A DNA stretch of 64,000 nucleotides. Source: Candidatus Iainarchaeum sp. Its GTDB lineage: Archaea; B1Sed10-29; WALL01. The notes below the pieces were generated by a model, which had not been told where the DNA came from, did not search any database, and saw only the letters and a list, made by a program, of their open reading frames with translations. Below, one piece after another: positions 9,283 through 18,761 of this stretch. The number at the start of each line of letters is the position of its first letter. The first letter of the stretch is position 1. The DNA lies in NCBI GenBank assembly GCA_023129115.1, contig JAGMCR010000002.1, forward strand, positions 78,753 through 142,752, written 5' to 3'. The translations under genes and the position numbers were made by a program.

Positions 9283-10116
9283 TTGGGCTTTGGTGGTTTC
9301 TTGCTTCACTTGCGGCCGCTGTCGTGGCCACTTGTCGCACTGCAAGTCTTGACGGGGTTCGTGCTCGCCGGCGGCAACACTGTCTCTCTTGAGGTCTTGT
9401 TAGGTTTCTTTGTCATCGTTGTCTGTATGAACGGGGGAACACTGGCGTTCAACTCTTACTTCGACAGGGACGGTGGAAATGTGGGGTGGCTGGACAACCC
9501 ACCCAAAACAACTAAGCAAACATATTACTTGTCGCTCGCGCTGATGGTATTTGGTGTGCTCGCCGCCTTGCTGGTGTCCCATGAATTTTTCTATTTGGCT
9601 TCCGCATCTTTCGTTGTTAGCGTTGCTTATTCACATCCTTGGTTCAGGCTCAAGTCGGTGCCACTGGCAGACGCCATTTGTAGTGGCGTGGGTTACGGGG
9701 TGCTCATGTTTCTTGGGGGTTGGGTACTCGCGTCACCAGTCTTGACTGCCAAGGCCGGGGTCGTGTGCGTGGGAATGTTCCTGGCGTTCATGGCTGGGGT
9801 TCCATTGACCCAAATATATCAAATGCGTGAAGACAAAAAGAGGGGTGATAGGACCACTGCATTGGCCTTGGGACCGGACAAATCAAAGTGGATGTTTTAC
9901 TTCTTTGGCACGCTTTCTGTAGCCGTGTTGTTGTTTGCTGTTATGGAGGGGTTCTTGGGGAAACTTGCGCTACTGGCGGGCGTGCCTTTATTCTGGCTGG
10001 CGTTACAAGTACGGAACATCAAATCATTCAAGCACAAGCAAAAAGTTTATGAGGCATACGTCGTGGTTGTTGTTGTGGATGTGGTTATCATTCTTTCAGA
10101 ACTCGTTCCAGTGTAA
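9283..10116 (+). CDS. UbiA-family prenyltransferase
   Basis: RPLSW N-terminus, NSYFDRD, AYSHPWFRLK, QMREDKKRGDRT; multi-TM. Confidence 0.85.
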   Translation: MGFGGFLLHLRPLSWPLVALQVLTGFVLAGGNTVSLEVLLGFFVIVVCMNGGTLAFNSYFDRDGGNVGWLDNPPKTTKQTYYLSLALMVFGVLAALLVSHEFFYLASASFVVSVAYSHPWFRLKSVPLADAICSGVGYGVLMFLGGWVLASPVLTAKAGVVCVGMFLAFMAGVPLTQIYQMREDKKRGDRTTALALGPDKSKWMFYFFGTLSVAVLLFAVMEGFLGKLALLAGVPLFWLALQVRNIKSFKHKQKVYEAYVVVVVVDVVIILSELVPV

Positions 10117-10250
10117 CACACCCCCTTTCCGCGGAAGCTTCCCCGGAAATGACTTGGGTGTGGCTGATTTTGGGCGCAGGCTCTAGAGCCATACGAGCTG
10201 TTCTCCCCCGAGCTCTTTTATACTTCTTTTGACTAAAATTGTTTACTCTT

Positions 10251-11306
10251 ATGCATACACAAGAGCTTGTCACACGGCTTGAGGATGCGGAGAAAGCCGT
10301 TTCTGGGTACGGGGGGCAAAGGCTGTTGCTAATCAGCCAGTACTACGGCGCCCAAATGGATTTCGTCGATAGGATAGAGGCGGGCGTTGAGAGGGGCAAG
10401 AGGCTGATGAGTGCGGACATTGTTGTCAGAAGAAAGCATGCCATGAGCCAGCAGAAGATTTTCAAGAGGATGGCGCAGTTTTTCAAGCAAGTCGATGGCT
10501 CATACAAAAAAGGGGACATCAAGGACAAGGAGGGCCGTGTGTTCGCCCGCGCCTATGACAAGGCGGTCCACGGCCATTTTGCCAAGGTACGGGAGATTCT
10601 TTCAGAGGTAGAGGGCATGGCCGTGGTATACACGGAATTTGTTGGGCTTGAGGAAGAAGCAAAAAGGCAAAAGAAAAAGTTGGGGAAAAGGAAGGCGTCC
10701 ATCCATGCATTGCTCGAGGAAGCGGGCTCGGTAAAGCCGCTTGATGGCGATTACGTGAAAAAGCATGGGGAAGTGCTTCGGAGCCTGGAGAAAGCCAAGG
10801 GGCTTAGGGCGGAGTACATACAAAAAATTCGTGGCAAGAGTGTTATGGAGTACGTGGCAATGCTGAAAAACAAGGATTTGGTCAAGGTGGGCTTTCCAGG
10901 CGCGGACCCTGCTGACATCACCAAATTCTTGAATGCTTATCCAGAGCTCTCAAAGGCAACGCCGGAGAAACTGCTTGAATATCGTTCCTGGACAGACGGG
11001 AAGCTAAAGCACACAATCCCGGAGACCAAGAGGTTCAGGAGCATGATGCAGGAGTATGGCTCTTGGCTGGAACGCCTTGAGCACCTTGAGTCATTGGGGT
11101 TCATGGTTGTTAGGAACGTGGAGGACGCGAAGAGGCTCGCGCCATTATTCAGGGGGACCGAGGCCGGTGGCGTGCTGTCAAGCCTTAGCGGGCTTGGGGA
11201 TTACTGGATGGCGCCCCCCAAAGGCGCACCAGTCAGGGACACACCAAAGCTAAAAAAAGAGCTTTCCGAGATAGGCAGGGAACTGGCGCTTCTGGAAGGC
11301 GTTTAG
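10251..11306 (+). CDS. Hypothetical helical/coiled-coil protein
   Basis: About 350-aa charged ORF with upstream TTTTATA; no motif recognised. Confidence 0.7.
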   Translation: MHTQELVTRLEDAEKAVSGYGGQRLLLISQYYGAQMDFVDRIEAGVERGKRLMSADIVVRRKHAMSQQKIFKRMAQFFKQVDGSYKKGDIKDKEGRVFARAYDKAVHGHFAKVREILSEVEGMAVVYTEFVGLEEEAKRQKKKLGKRKASIHALLEEAGSVKPLDGDYVKKHGEVLRSLEKAKGLRAEYIQKIRGKSVMEYVAMLKNKDLVKVGFPGADPADITKFLNAYPELSKATPEKLLEYRSWTDGKLKHTIPETKRFRSMMQEYGSWLERLEHLESLGFMVVRNVEDAKRLAPLFRGTEAGGVLSSLSGLGDYWMAPPKGAPVRDTPKLKKELSEIGRELALLEGV

Positions 11307-11378
11307 GCCCAATCCCTCCCGGGGCTTTCCGGGGGAGGTGGGCAACGCAAAGCTTAAATATTAGAAATGCGTACTATA

Positions 11379-11486
11379 GGGCGCTGTAGGTTTGAGAGGT
11401 TGTGAACCGCAAGGCTTGCAACGAATTATGTCCCGAAAGTGGCATAAGGGCCGTGTAGAAAATAGCTCTTAAACCTGTAGCACTTC
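11379..11486 (+). ncRNA. Candidate structured non-coding RNA (closing helix plus two GNRA hairpins)
   Basis: 11383-11398 pairs with 11466-11481 (16 bp including G-U); hairpins 11399-11422 (GCAA loop) and 11426-11447 (GAAA loop); TATA-like CTTAAATA at 11353. Confidence 0.5.
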
Positions 11487-11652
11487 AGCGCTTTCTGTTG
11501 TTTCAACTGTGTATGGACCTTAGTTCTCACGCTTCATTTCCGCGGAACTTCCTAGCCGCAGGATTTATAGCCGTACGAGCTGTTCCCTCCCGAGGCTCTC
11601 AGACCACGTCAAGGAGCCCCCGCTCAATTCCGCACCGGTTTACATGCCTGTT

Positions 11653-11686
11653 TATAAAGGTTTACGATATATCGTACACCTTTATA
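11653..11686. promoter_or_regulatory. 34-bp near-perfect palindrome with TATA-like arms upstream of ATPase gene
   Basis: TATAAAGGT-T-TACGATATATCGTA-C-ACCTTTATA. Confidence 0.65.
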
Positions 11687-11710
11687 TAATAGTTCAAACA
11701 CCGATTAAGC

Positions 11711-12901
11711 ATGGAGCTAGGACTCTGGAAGGTTGTGGAGCAATGGAATTACTGGAAGGAAAAGCCAGAAACCGGTATTCCCAGGGACGTGACCGCAGAG
11801 GCAATGGAGTTCTTTAAAGGCAGCGAAGCGCTTTATTTTTTTGGCCCGCGGCGAGCCGGGAAAACATTTGTTTGCATGCAGCTGCTGTCAAAGCTGTCAA
11901 AGAAGCACGGGAAGAAATCTTGCTTGTACGTGAACTTTGAGGAGCCTGCTCTTGCCGGGAACCTGCGCACGGAATTCATAGAAGAAATCGTTGTAGAATT
12001 CAAAAAAGTGCATGGGAAGTGGCCTCGCTTCGTTTTCCTTGACGAAGTCCAGAACGTTAAAGGCTGGGAGCGCTGGGTCCGCGGAGCAGTGGACAGGAAA
12101 CGGTTCAAGGTTTTTGTCACTGGATCTTCTGCGAAACTCTTGAGTTCAGAGTTCTCCACTTCTCTTGGGGGGAGGGGGATAGGCTTTCTGGTATTGCCGT
12201 TTTCCTTTAGCGAGTTTAGGCGTGCAAAACCAAAAGCGGGGCTCAAGGAGTACCTTGAGATTGGGGGCTATCCAGCGGTTGTACTGGAAAAAAACGAGCG
12301 CAAGCGCAGGAGGATGCTGGAAGAGTATTTTGACACTGCCATCATGAGGGATATAGTGGCTAGGCACGACGTGAGAGACGTGCCAACATTAAGAACGCTT
12401 GCCGTTTACTTACTGACAAATTCTGGAAAGCGCTTCAGCTACAATAAGCTTCGGGCAATGACACATCTCTCTTTTGACGCGCTTAGGCAGTACCTGTCAT
12501 ATCTTGAGGACGCATTAGTGGTTTTCCAAGTACCGTATTTTTCGTACTCCATGAAAAAAGCGCTTGAAAAGCCCCGCAAGTACTATGCTTATGACCTTGG
12601 GCTGCAGGGAGCTGTATCAAAGTCGTTTAGTCCGGACTGGGGAAGAAAAGCCGAGAACGCGGTTGCAATAGAGCTGGTTCGGCGAAGAAAAGAAATTCAA
12701 TACTACTCAAACAAGTTTGAAGTCGATTTCATAATAAAAGAAGGAACAAAGATAAAGCCGGTAAATGTCTGCTACTCAGAGAAACCACCGCAAAGGGAAA
12801 CAAAAAGCCTTGAAGAGTTTTCCAAAAAACACAAGTCAGAACCCCCTCTGTTGCTTTGCGGGAAGGATAACATCTTGAAGTGGCTGAAAACAAACCAATG
12901 A
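11711..12901 (+). CDS. AAA_14/DUF4143 ATPase
   Basis: GPRRAGKT Walker A, FLDEVQ Walker B, TGSS, GGYP, KYYAYDLG, EVDFI. Confidence 0.92.
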   Translation: MELGLWKVVEQWNYWKEKPETGIPRDVTAEAMEFFKGSEALYFFGPRRAGKTFVCMQLLSKLSKKHGKKSCLYVNFEEPALAGNLRTEFIEEIVVEFKKVHGKWPRFVFLDEVQNVKGWERWVRGAVDRKRFKVFVTGSSAKLLSSEFSTSLGGRGIGFLVLPFSFSEFRRAKPKAGLKEYLEIGGYPAVVLEKNERKRRRMLEEYFDTAIMRDIVARHDVRDVPTLRTLAVYLLTNSGKRFSYNKLRAMTHLSFDALRQYLSYLEDALVVFQVPYFSYSMKKALEKPRKYYAYDLGLQGAVSKSFSPDWGRKAENAVAIELVRRRKEIQYYSNKFEVDFIIKEGTKIKPVNVCYSEKPPQRETKSLEEFSKKHKSEPPLLLCGKDNILKWLKTNQ

Positions 12902-12911
12902 AAAAATGCTC

Positions 12912-12971
12912 CTTGACGTGGCCAAGCCGCCCTCCCGGGGCTCAGCGTCCTGGGGGGCGCAGCCCCCCCAC
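12912..12971 (+). repeat. End module B + core + GGGGGGCGCAGCCCCCC hairpin
   Basis: CTTGACGTGGCCAAGCCG-CCCTCCCGGGGCT-CAGCGTCCTGGGGGGCGCAGCCCCCC; related module B at 4828, 16189, 24286. Confidence 0.85.
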
Positions 12972-13024
12972 TGGGCGGTTCGGCACGCGCGGGGTTTATT
13001 AACCTTCTTTTCGTTGGCTGTGCA

Positions 13025-13855
13025 ATGAAGCGCGTTGCCCTGCCCATACTGCTGCTCTTGCTTGTTGGCTGCATTGGCACGCCTTCTCCACCAGCCGGCC
13101 AGTGCTCTGGCCCCACTGTCTCAATCGCGACGTTCAACATACAAGTCTTCGGGCAAGCAAAAATGGGCGACCCGGAAGCCGTGGACTCGCTCGTGGGCAT
13201 AGCCACACGGTTTGACATCGTCGCCATCCAAGAGGTCCGCGACGCAAGCGAGACCACTGTCCCGCGCTTCGTCAGCGAAATCAACTCACGCAACCACTCC
13301 TACGCGTACGTAATAAGCGAGCGGCTCGGCTCCACGTCGTCAAAAGAGCAGTACGCCTTTGTCTACAACACAGAAACAATCTCGTTCGAAAACTTTTCGT
13401 ACCTCGTCAACGACACCGTGTTCGAGCGCCCGCCGTTCGTCGCAAAGTTCAGGGCAGGAGAGTTTGATTTTTTCCTCGTGAACACGCACGTGAAGCCGGA
13501 GAAGGGGCGCACCGCCAGCGAGATAAAAGCGCTTGCCGGCGCGGTCACTGAAGACGAGGACTACATAATCCTGGGCGACTTCAATGCCGACTGCTCTTAC
13601 CTCGACGAAAAAACGCTTTCCTCCCTCTTGCCCGGGCTGGACATAATCGTTTCCAACGAAGACGATACCACAGTGGGCGCGTCCGACTGCACGTACGACA
13701 GGATAGCCATCACGCCACGAACGCGTGAGGACTACTCAAGCTACGGAGTGTACTTGTTCGACAAAGAGCTTGGGCTGGACAGCACGCAAGCAAAAAGCGT
13801 GTCAGACCATTACCCCGTGTACGCAGAGTTTTACATTTCGTGCGACACCGATTGA
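13025..13855 (+). CDS. DNase I-like (EEP superfamily) nuclease, lipoprotein
   Basis: ATFNIQVFG, IQEVRD, KEQYAF, ILGDFNADC, YDRI, SDHYPV; lipobox LVGC. Confidence 0.93.
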   Translation: MKRVALPILLLLLVGCIGTPSPPAGQCSGPTVSIATFNIQVFGQAKMGDPEAVDSLVGIATRFDIVAIQEVRDASETTVPRFVSEINSRNHSYAYVISERLGSTSSKEQYAFVYNTETISFENFSYLVNDTVFERPPFVAKFRAGEFDFFLVNTHVKPEKGRTASEIKALAGAVTEDEDYIILGDFNADCSYLDEKTLSSLLPGLDIIVSNEDDTTVGASDCTYDRIAITPRTREDYSSYGVYLFDKELGLDSTQAKSVSDHYPVYAEFYISCDTD

Positions 13856-13870
13856 TGGGCTCCAAGAAGT

Positions 13871-14130
13871 GAATCCCTCCCAAGGCTCCATCTCAGCGTC
13901 CTTAGGGGGAGCGCAGCTCCCCCTGGCCCAGACGAACAACAACCGAACATCCTGTGGGGGATGTCCGGTATCCTGCGGGATGTACGTCATACCCTGGGAA
14001 GCCTCACCCCCTCAGTAATCCTGTACTAATCTGTCTCTTGGGGCCTTGTGCCCCAAAGCCTAACGTGCCAGCTGAGTTTCAGCTGAATCCCTCCCGAGGC
14101 TCTCATTCTATGGTAGTAGAGCCTGCGCCA
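13871..14130 (+). repeat. Non-coding mini-element between two long tRNA-end-like cores
   Basis: GAATCCCTCCCAAGGCTCCA (13871-13890) and GAATCCCTCCCGAGGCT (14085-14101); interior shares CAGCGTCC..GGGGGAGCGCAGCTCCCCC, CCCCTCAGTAAT and CTAACGTGCC with 5743-5897. Confidence 0.85.
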
Positions 14131-14192
14131 AAGTGTCTTGCAAGTTGATTAGCAGCAAAAGCCTGACACAATTTTCCGAGCTTGGAACACTT

Positions 14193-16112
14193 CTATTTGG
14201 AGTCTCCTAGCACTTGGTGGTAAAAGTTGGACTCCCGGGCCAGTGCATCCACTTCGTTTTTCTTGACCCTAAAGCCGTGTGTTTCGCCTTCGTATTCCAC
14301 GTATTCGTGCCTCACTCCTTTTTCTTCCAGTGCCCGAACCACTTCCCTGGAGCACTCGGGGGTGACAACCTTGTCATCACTACCCTGGAAAAGAATCATG
14401 GGGTTTTTCAACGCTTCCAAGTGATAAATGGGAGAACGGTCTTTGAACACCTCTCTTCCCTTGGAAAGTGTTGTTCCCACCAGGTTTTCAATGTACCGTG
14501 ACTCGAATTTGTGAATTTGTTCTTCTAAAGTGATTAGGTTGCCGATGCCGTAGTAACTAGCTCCCACTGCAAACAAGTCAGGATACTGGGTCATCATCCT
14601 TTGCACTAGGTACCCTCCTGCACTCCCTCCCCTGATGGCAACCCTGGACCCATCTACTTGTCCCTTTTTTATCAAGTGCTTCACGGCGTTGGCCACGTCC
14701 TCGGCGTCAACCACGCCCCAGGAGGATGGGAGCTTGTCCCTGTACTTCCTGCCGTAGCCCGTGCTTCCCCGGTAGTCCACGTCCACCACGGCAAAGCCGG
14801 ACGAAGTCCAGAATTGCGTGACAAAGGAAAACGAGGCGTGGGTATTGCTCGTGGGGCCTCCATGCGCCACTACCAACAACGGCGGTTTTTCTCCCTCCAT
14901 GGGCAGGTATCCGCTGTTTTTAGGGGGGTAAAAAAAGGCGTGTGCCTGTTCTCCGCCTCCAGTGGAGTAAGTTATGAACTGGGGGAGGGAAACGTCTTCC
15001 GGCTTCATTTCCAGCGAAGAACCCTCCCTTAACACATCCAGCTTCTTGGACTCCATGCCAAAGGCGTACACGCTGGCAACGCTGGTACTGCTGGCCCCAA
15101 CGAAAAATATGCTGCCTTCCTTGTCTGTTTTCAGGTGGTGGTACGTGTTCAGACCTGTTTCCACGCGTGACACAGATTTGTCTTCAGGGTCAACAAATAC
15201 CAAGTGCTCTGTTCCTTCTTTGGTCATCACGGCTACTATCCTGCCGTCGGGAAGGAAGTCGTAAGTGCTCTGCCCGAAGGCCCACAACGGCCTGCCGAAC
15301 TCGGCTTGTTCACAGGTAATCCTATTCACTTCGCCGTCCCAAGCGTACAGGTTCCACCAATTCTCAGGCGAAAAAGGGTCTTCCGCCACCCTGTCCTTGG
15401 CATAATACAGCTTGTCCTCTTGGTTGAAGCGGGGCAGGCAAATAGCGCAGTCTTTCCCCCCCTCCACTTTTTTTACGTCACGGACGCTGTCCTTCCTCCA
15501 CTTGCCCATCATTAACTCCGTGCCATCCCACGGCATGTTGGGATGGTTCCACTGGAGCCACGCCACGTATTTTCCCGAAGGCGAAAAGACAGGACTAGCA
15601 TAGAAATCGCTGCCCCGGGCAACGATGCGGGGCTCCACCGCTTTTTCAGAACGCGCGTCCAGCACGGCTAGAAGATTCTCGTTTTCCTTGTCTCCGCACT
15701 CTTTTTCGTAGACAAACAAAAGGCTTTTTCCGTCAGGGCTTACTGTGAGCGAGGCATACTTACCCAAGGACCCGTCTTTGTTTGTTGGGGGGGTGAGGGG
15801 CCTGGCTGCAGAAGAGCTTGGGGGTTGATGGTAAATGCGTTGGTCCTGGAAGTTGGAGAAGTAAACATTCCCCCCAAAAACCGCGTACGCTCCTCCACCG
15901 TACTCGTGAACCCTGTTCCTGGCGCTGAAACCAGGGGGGGTGACGTCCCCCCTGTTTTTGGAGACTACTACGCAACGCCCGCCTTCGGCCGGCCGCATTT
16001 CCAGCCAGTAGGCGTCACTGCCGTCGGTTTGAATCTCGCTCAGTCTGACCACGTCAGAAAATACTTGCTGGGGGGAAATGGCGGACTGCCATTGAAGAAA
16101 CGGTTTTTGCAT
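14193..16112 (-). CDS. S9 (prolyl oligopeptidase family) peptidase
   Basis: HGGP, DYRGSTGYG, GGSAGG nucleophile, QGSDDKVV, ETHGF; beta-propeller N-terminus. Confidence 0.93.
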   Translation of the reverse strand: MQKPFLQWQSAISPQQVFSDVVRLSEIQTDGSDAYWLEMRPAEGGRCVVVSKNRGDVTPPGFSARNRVHEYGGGAYAVFGGNVYFSNFQDQRIYHQPPSSSAARPLTPPTNKDGSLGKYASLTVSPDGKSLLFVYEKECGDKENENLLAVLDARSEKAVEPRIVARGSDFYASPVFSPSGKYVAWLQWNHPNMPWDGTELMMGKWRKDSVRDVKKVEGGKDCAICLPRFNQEDKLYYAKDRVAEDPFSPENWWNLYAWDGEVNRITCEQAEFGRPLWAFGQSTYDFLPDGRIVAVMTKEGTEHLVFVDPEDKSVSRVETGLNTYHHLKTDKEGSIFFVGASSTSVASVYAFGMESKKLDVLREGSSLEMKPEDVSLPQFITYSTGGGEQAHAFFYPPKNSGYLPMEGEKPPLLVVAHGGPTSNTHASFSFVTQFWTSSGFAVVDVDYRGSTGYGRKYRDKLPSSWGVVDAEDVANAVKHLIKKGQVDGSRVAIRGGSAGGYLVQRMMTQYPDLFAVGASYYGIGNLITLEEQIHKFESRYIENLVGTTLSKGREVFKDRSPIYHLEALKNPMILFQGSDDKVVTPECSREVVRALEEKGVRHEYVEYEGETHGFRVKKNEVDALARESNFYHQVLGDSK

Positions 16113-16308
16113 TTTTCTCACCGGTATACTACATCCCTCGAAAACACATTTATAATTTAGTCTTCCGGAATATAATGGTGGGGTACTCCTTAGCCTAGCC
16201 AAGCAGCCCTCCCGAGGCTTCTATCTATTAACGCCTCAAAAAAGCCATAAATCCTAACCGCACGCCACTGTTCTTATCATCTTTGTGCCCTCGTGCTAGA
16301 CATTACCC

Positions 16309-17193
16309 CTATCCACACTGTACCTTCCGCTCGTCGTATCCCATAGCGACCCCATCAACAAAGATGCTGGCGTCTACGTGCATTGTTTTGAAAGCTGAAG
16401 TAATGATGTACATGACCGGAGTTGTGTGGGTCCAAGAAGTGGTTTCTGCATCGCCTTTGTTGCGGATGCAGCGTTCCACGCCATACTCGCTTGTGACTGT
16501 CCATGCGCCACAGTCCACAGCATCCTCGGGCCACACATATGGGGGCGTAAGGCTGCTGCCAACCGGCCCGGTCGCAGTCCCTGCAGAAGTTATCTGTATG
16601 TCGGCCCAGCCATATTTATCCTCGTTGGTAAAGGTGCACGTCAGGGAGGTGACCTTTACGTCGGCTGTTACATCCAGGATTGCTGTTGGAGTAGGGGTTG
16701 GTGTTGGAGTGGAAGTTGGCGTTGCTGTTGGAGTGGGAGTCGGTTCTTTTTCAGGCTTCACTATTACAGTAGTGCTCTGGCATTTTTCTGTTGTGCCGTC
16801 ATTGGCGCATACTCCGAACGTGTAGGTTCCCTCAGTTATCGGCGTGCCCCTCAAGAGCCCGTTGAGCTCCAGCGCCATCCCAGTCGGCACGAAACCTGCG
16901 CCGAATTCAACAGTGAAGAAATACGGCGGATTGCCTCCAATGGGGTTTGTCGTCTCTCCTGCAAGCCCCCCGCATGTCGCGCCGGACCTTGCAGAGTCTG
17001 GCTCACAGAAAGGGTGTGGGGGATAAGGAACGCCGGCTCTGGCATCAGGAAGCTTGGGAAGCACGGTGAACGTGAGCTCTTCCTCCGGAATCTCCTCGCC
17101 GGATTGGGTGCAGCCGCTGGTAAGGACTAACCCGAACACAAGTAGTGCCCCAAAAAGCACGAACAGCGCTGGATTCTTGCCCATAGCCCCCAT
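16309..17193 (-). CDS. Lipoprotein with putative Ig-like domain and Pro/Thr linker
   Basis: Lipobox TSGC; GG.PPY.F...G.VPTGM.L...GLLRGTP...GTYTF motif; PTPTPTATPT. Confidence 0.75.
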   Translation of the reverse strand: MGAMGKNPALFVLFGALLVFGLVLTSGCTQSGEEIPEEELTFTVLPKLPDARAGVPYPPHPFCEPDSARSGATCGGLAGETTNPIGGNPPYFFTVEFGAGFVPTGMALELNGLLRGTPITEGTYTFGVCANDGTTEKCQSTTVIVKPEKEPTPTPTATPTSTPTPTPTPTAILDVTADVKVTSLTCTFTNEDKYGWADIQITSAGTATGPVGSSLTPPYVWPEDAVDCGAWTVTSEYGVERCIRNKGDAETTSWTHTTPVMYIITSAFKTMHVDASIFVDGVAMGYDERKVQCG

Positions 17194-17470
17194 TAATGCA
17201 CTGCCGCATTATAAACCTTCCCCAAGCTTTTCAACCGAACAAACCGCATTAAAACACTGGTGAGAACAGAGCCAAAAACTGTGTTTTTTGGATTTCAGGG
17301 CTTGATTGGCCTGGTTTAGACACCCCCTTTCCGCGGAAGCTTCTTGAAGAACCCTCCCAGGCGAATCCAAAATCGCATGGGGGACTTGAAGTTTATTAAA
17401 GAGGATATGGGTAAGGGTTATTATCTGGTTAGGAAAACATTTAACTTGGAGAAAAAAGAGGTGGTATGGA

Positions 17471-18115
17471 TTGAGGGAAGAAGGCTTGTTAAGAGACTTG
17501 GCCGAGAAAAAGAAGGCCGGAAAAATAACCTCAGAGGAAGCGGTACGAGAACTTCATAAGCGCGGCCTTCAGCATGGCAAGTATTCAAACCCTTGGATAA
17601 CGATTATTCCCATGATAGGCGGGGGCATGCTCTGCTTTATTAGTGGACTAGCAAAGGCAACAGGCATGCCAATGCTGGAACCACTTACGAAGCTGCCAGC
17701 GTTTGTCTTTCCCCCAGTACTAATTGGTTTAGCAGTTATTTTTGGTATTCTGGCTATGGGGTTGATATTATACAGCGCTTGCTCAAGGGTGATGAATGGG
17801 GGGACAACACCACGATATGCATCTGAGACTACCGTGCTCACGAGAAATGGGCTTTATGGAGTTATGCGGCACCCTGAAAATATTGGTTTTTTCATGTTTT
17901 TTGTTTCCCTCACAGTGTTCTCAAGCAACCACGTTCCTTTCAATGTTTTGTCAGTGATCGGCACCATTTTACTTACTATAGGCTGCTATTTTGCTTGCGT
18001 GGAAGGCGAAAAACTTAACGTGTTGAAGTGGGGCGATGAGTACAAGCAGTACATGGAAGAAGTCCCAAGGTTCAACTTCGTGCTTGGCATTTGGAGGCGG
18101 CTCAAGAAAAAGTGA
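17471..18115 (+). CDS. ICMT/PEMT-family membrane methyltransferase
   Basis: GLYGVMRHP and WGDEYKQYMEEVPRF motifs. Confidence 0.85.
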   Translation: MREEGLLRDLAEKKKAGKITSEEAVRELHKRGLQHGKYSNPWITIIPMIGGGMLCFISGLAKATGMPMLEPLTKLPAFVFPPVLIGLAVIFGILAMGLILYSACSRVMNGGTTPRYASETTVLTRNGLYGVMRHPENIGFFMFFVSLTVFSSNHVPFNVLSVIGTILLTIGCYFACVEGEKLNVLKWGDEYKQYMEEVPRFNFVLGIWRRLKKK

Positions 18116-18233
18116 CGCACATCATTTCCGCGGGAGCTTCTTGGGAAATGGCCTGTGTGCCCCGTTCTGGGGGCGCAGGCTCTGTACCTCTGCGGCTAGG
18201 ACCAAAACCCTTAAATAGTATTGTTACTGTAAT

Positions 18234-18250
18234 ATTAACATATTGTTAAT
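18234..18250. promoter_or_regulatory. Inverted repeat upstream of AbiE pair (candidate autoregulatory operator)
   Basis: ATTAACA-TAT-TGTTAAT, downstream of CTTAAATA. Confidence 0.5.
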
Positions 18251-18263
18251 TTGGGTGTAATCA

Positions 18264-18761
18264 ATGAAGGGTCTTTCGGGTAAGGAGTTGGAGATGGTCT
18301 CGTTTCTCGAGCTGAAGGAAAAGTATTTTTTCACGAGGAGCGACGTGAGGCGATTTTTCAAGAGCGAGAACGAGATGAACGTCTACCTGCACAGGCTTAA
18401 GAAAAAAGAAAGAATCGTGAAGCTGAACAGAAGCAAGTATTTCCTTGTCCCAGTGAAAGCGTTCGGGGGCTTCTGGGCAGAGCACCCCCTCGTGATTATT
18501 GATGAAATCTTTAACGGGGAGAACTACTTCATTAGGGGGATGGCTGCAGCACATTACTGGGGGTTGATAGACCAGATTCCCACGCAGGTAGAAGTGGCTT
18601 GCACGAACAAGCAAGGAAAGAAAAAGATTTTTGGGTTCATTATCCTGTTCAAGAGGGTGAGGCCAGCAAGCATGAAGGGCTTCGTGAAGAGGAAAATCGG
18701 GAAGCATCCTTTCCGGATAATGCCAAAGAAGGGGGTTGAGGAATGGCTGAAATCTCGTTGA
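18264..18761 (+). CDS. AbiEi-like type IV TA antitoxin/regulator
   Basis: wHTH N-terminus (LHRLKKKERIVKLNRSKY), AAAHYWGLIDQIP; overlaps the toxin gene. Confidence 0.85.
   Translation: MKGLSGKELEMVSFLELKEKYFFTRSDVRRFFKSENEMNVYLHRLKKKERIVKLNRSKYFLVPVKAFGGFWAEHPLVIIDEIFNGENYFIRGMAAAHYWGLIDQIPTQVEVACTNKQGKKKIFGFIILFKRVRPASMKGFVKRKIGKHPFRIMPKKGVEEWLKSR

Noticed and set aside
13871-14101. Complete tRNA genes at the long core copies
   Set aside because: Only the 3' strand of the T arm and acceptor is present; no matching 5' GCCTCGG strand, D arm or anticodon arm upstream.
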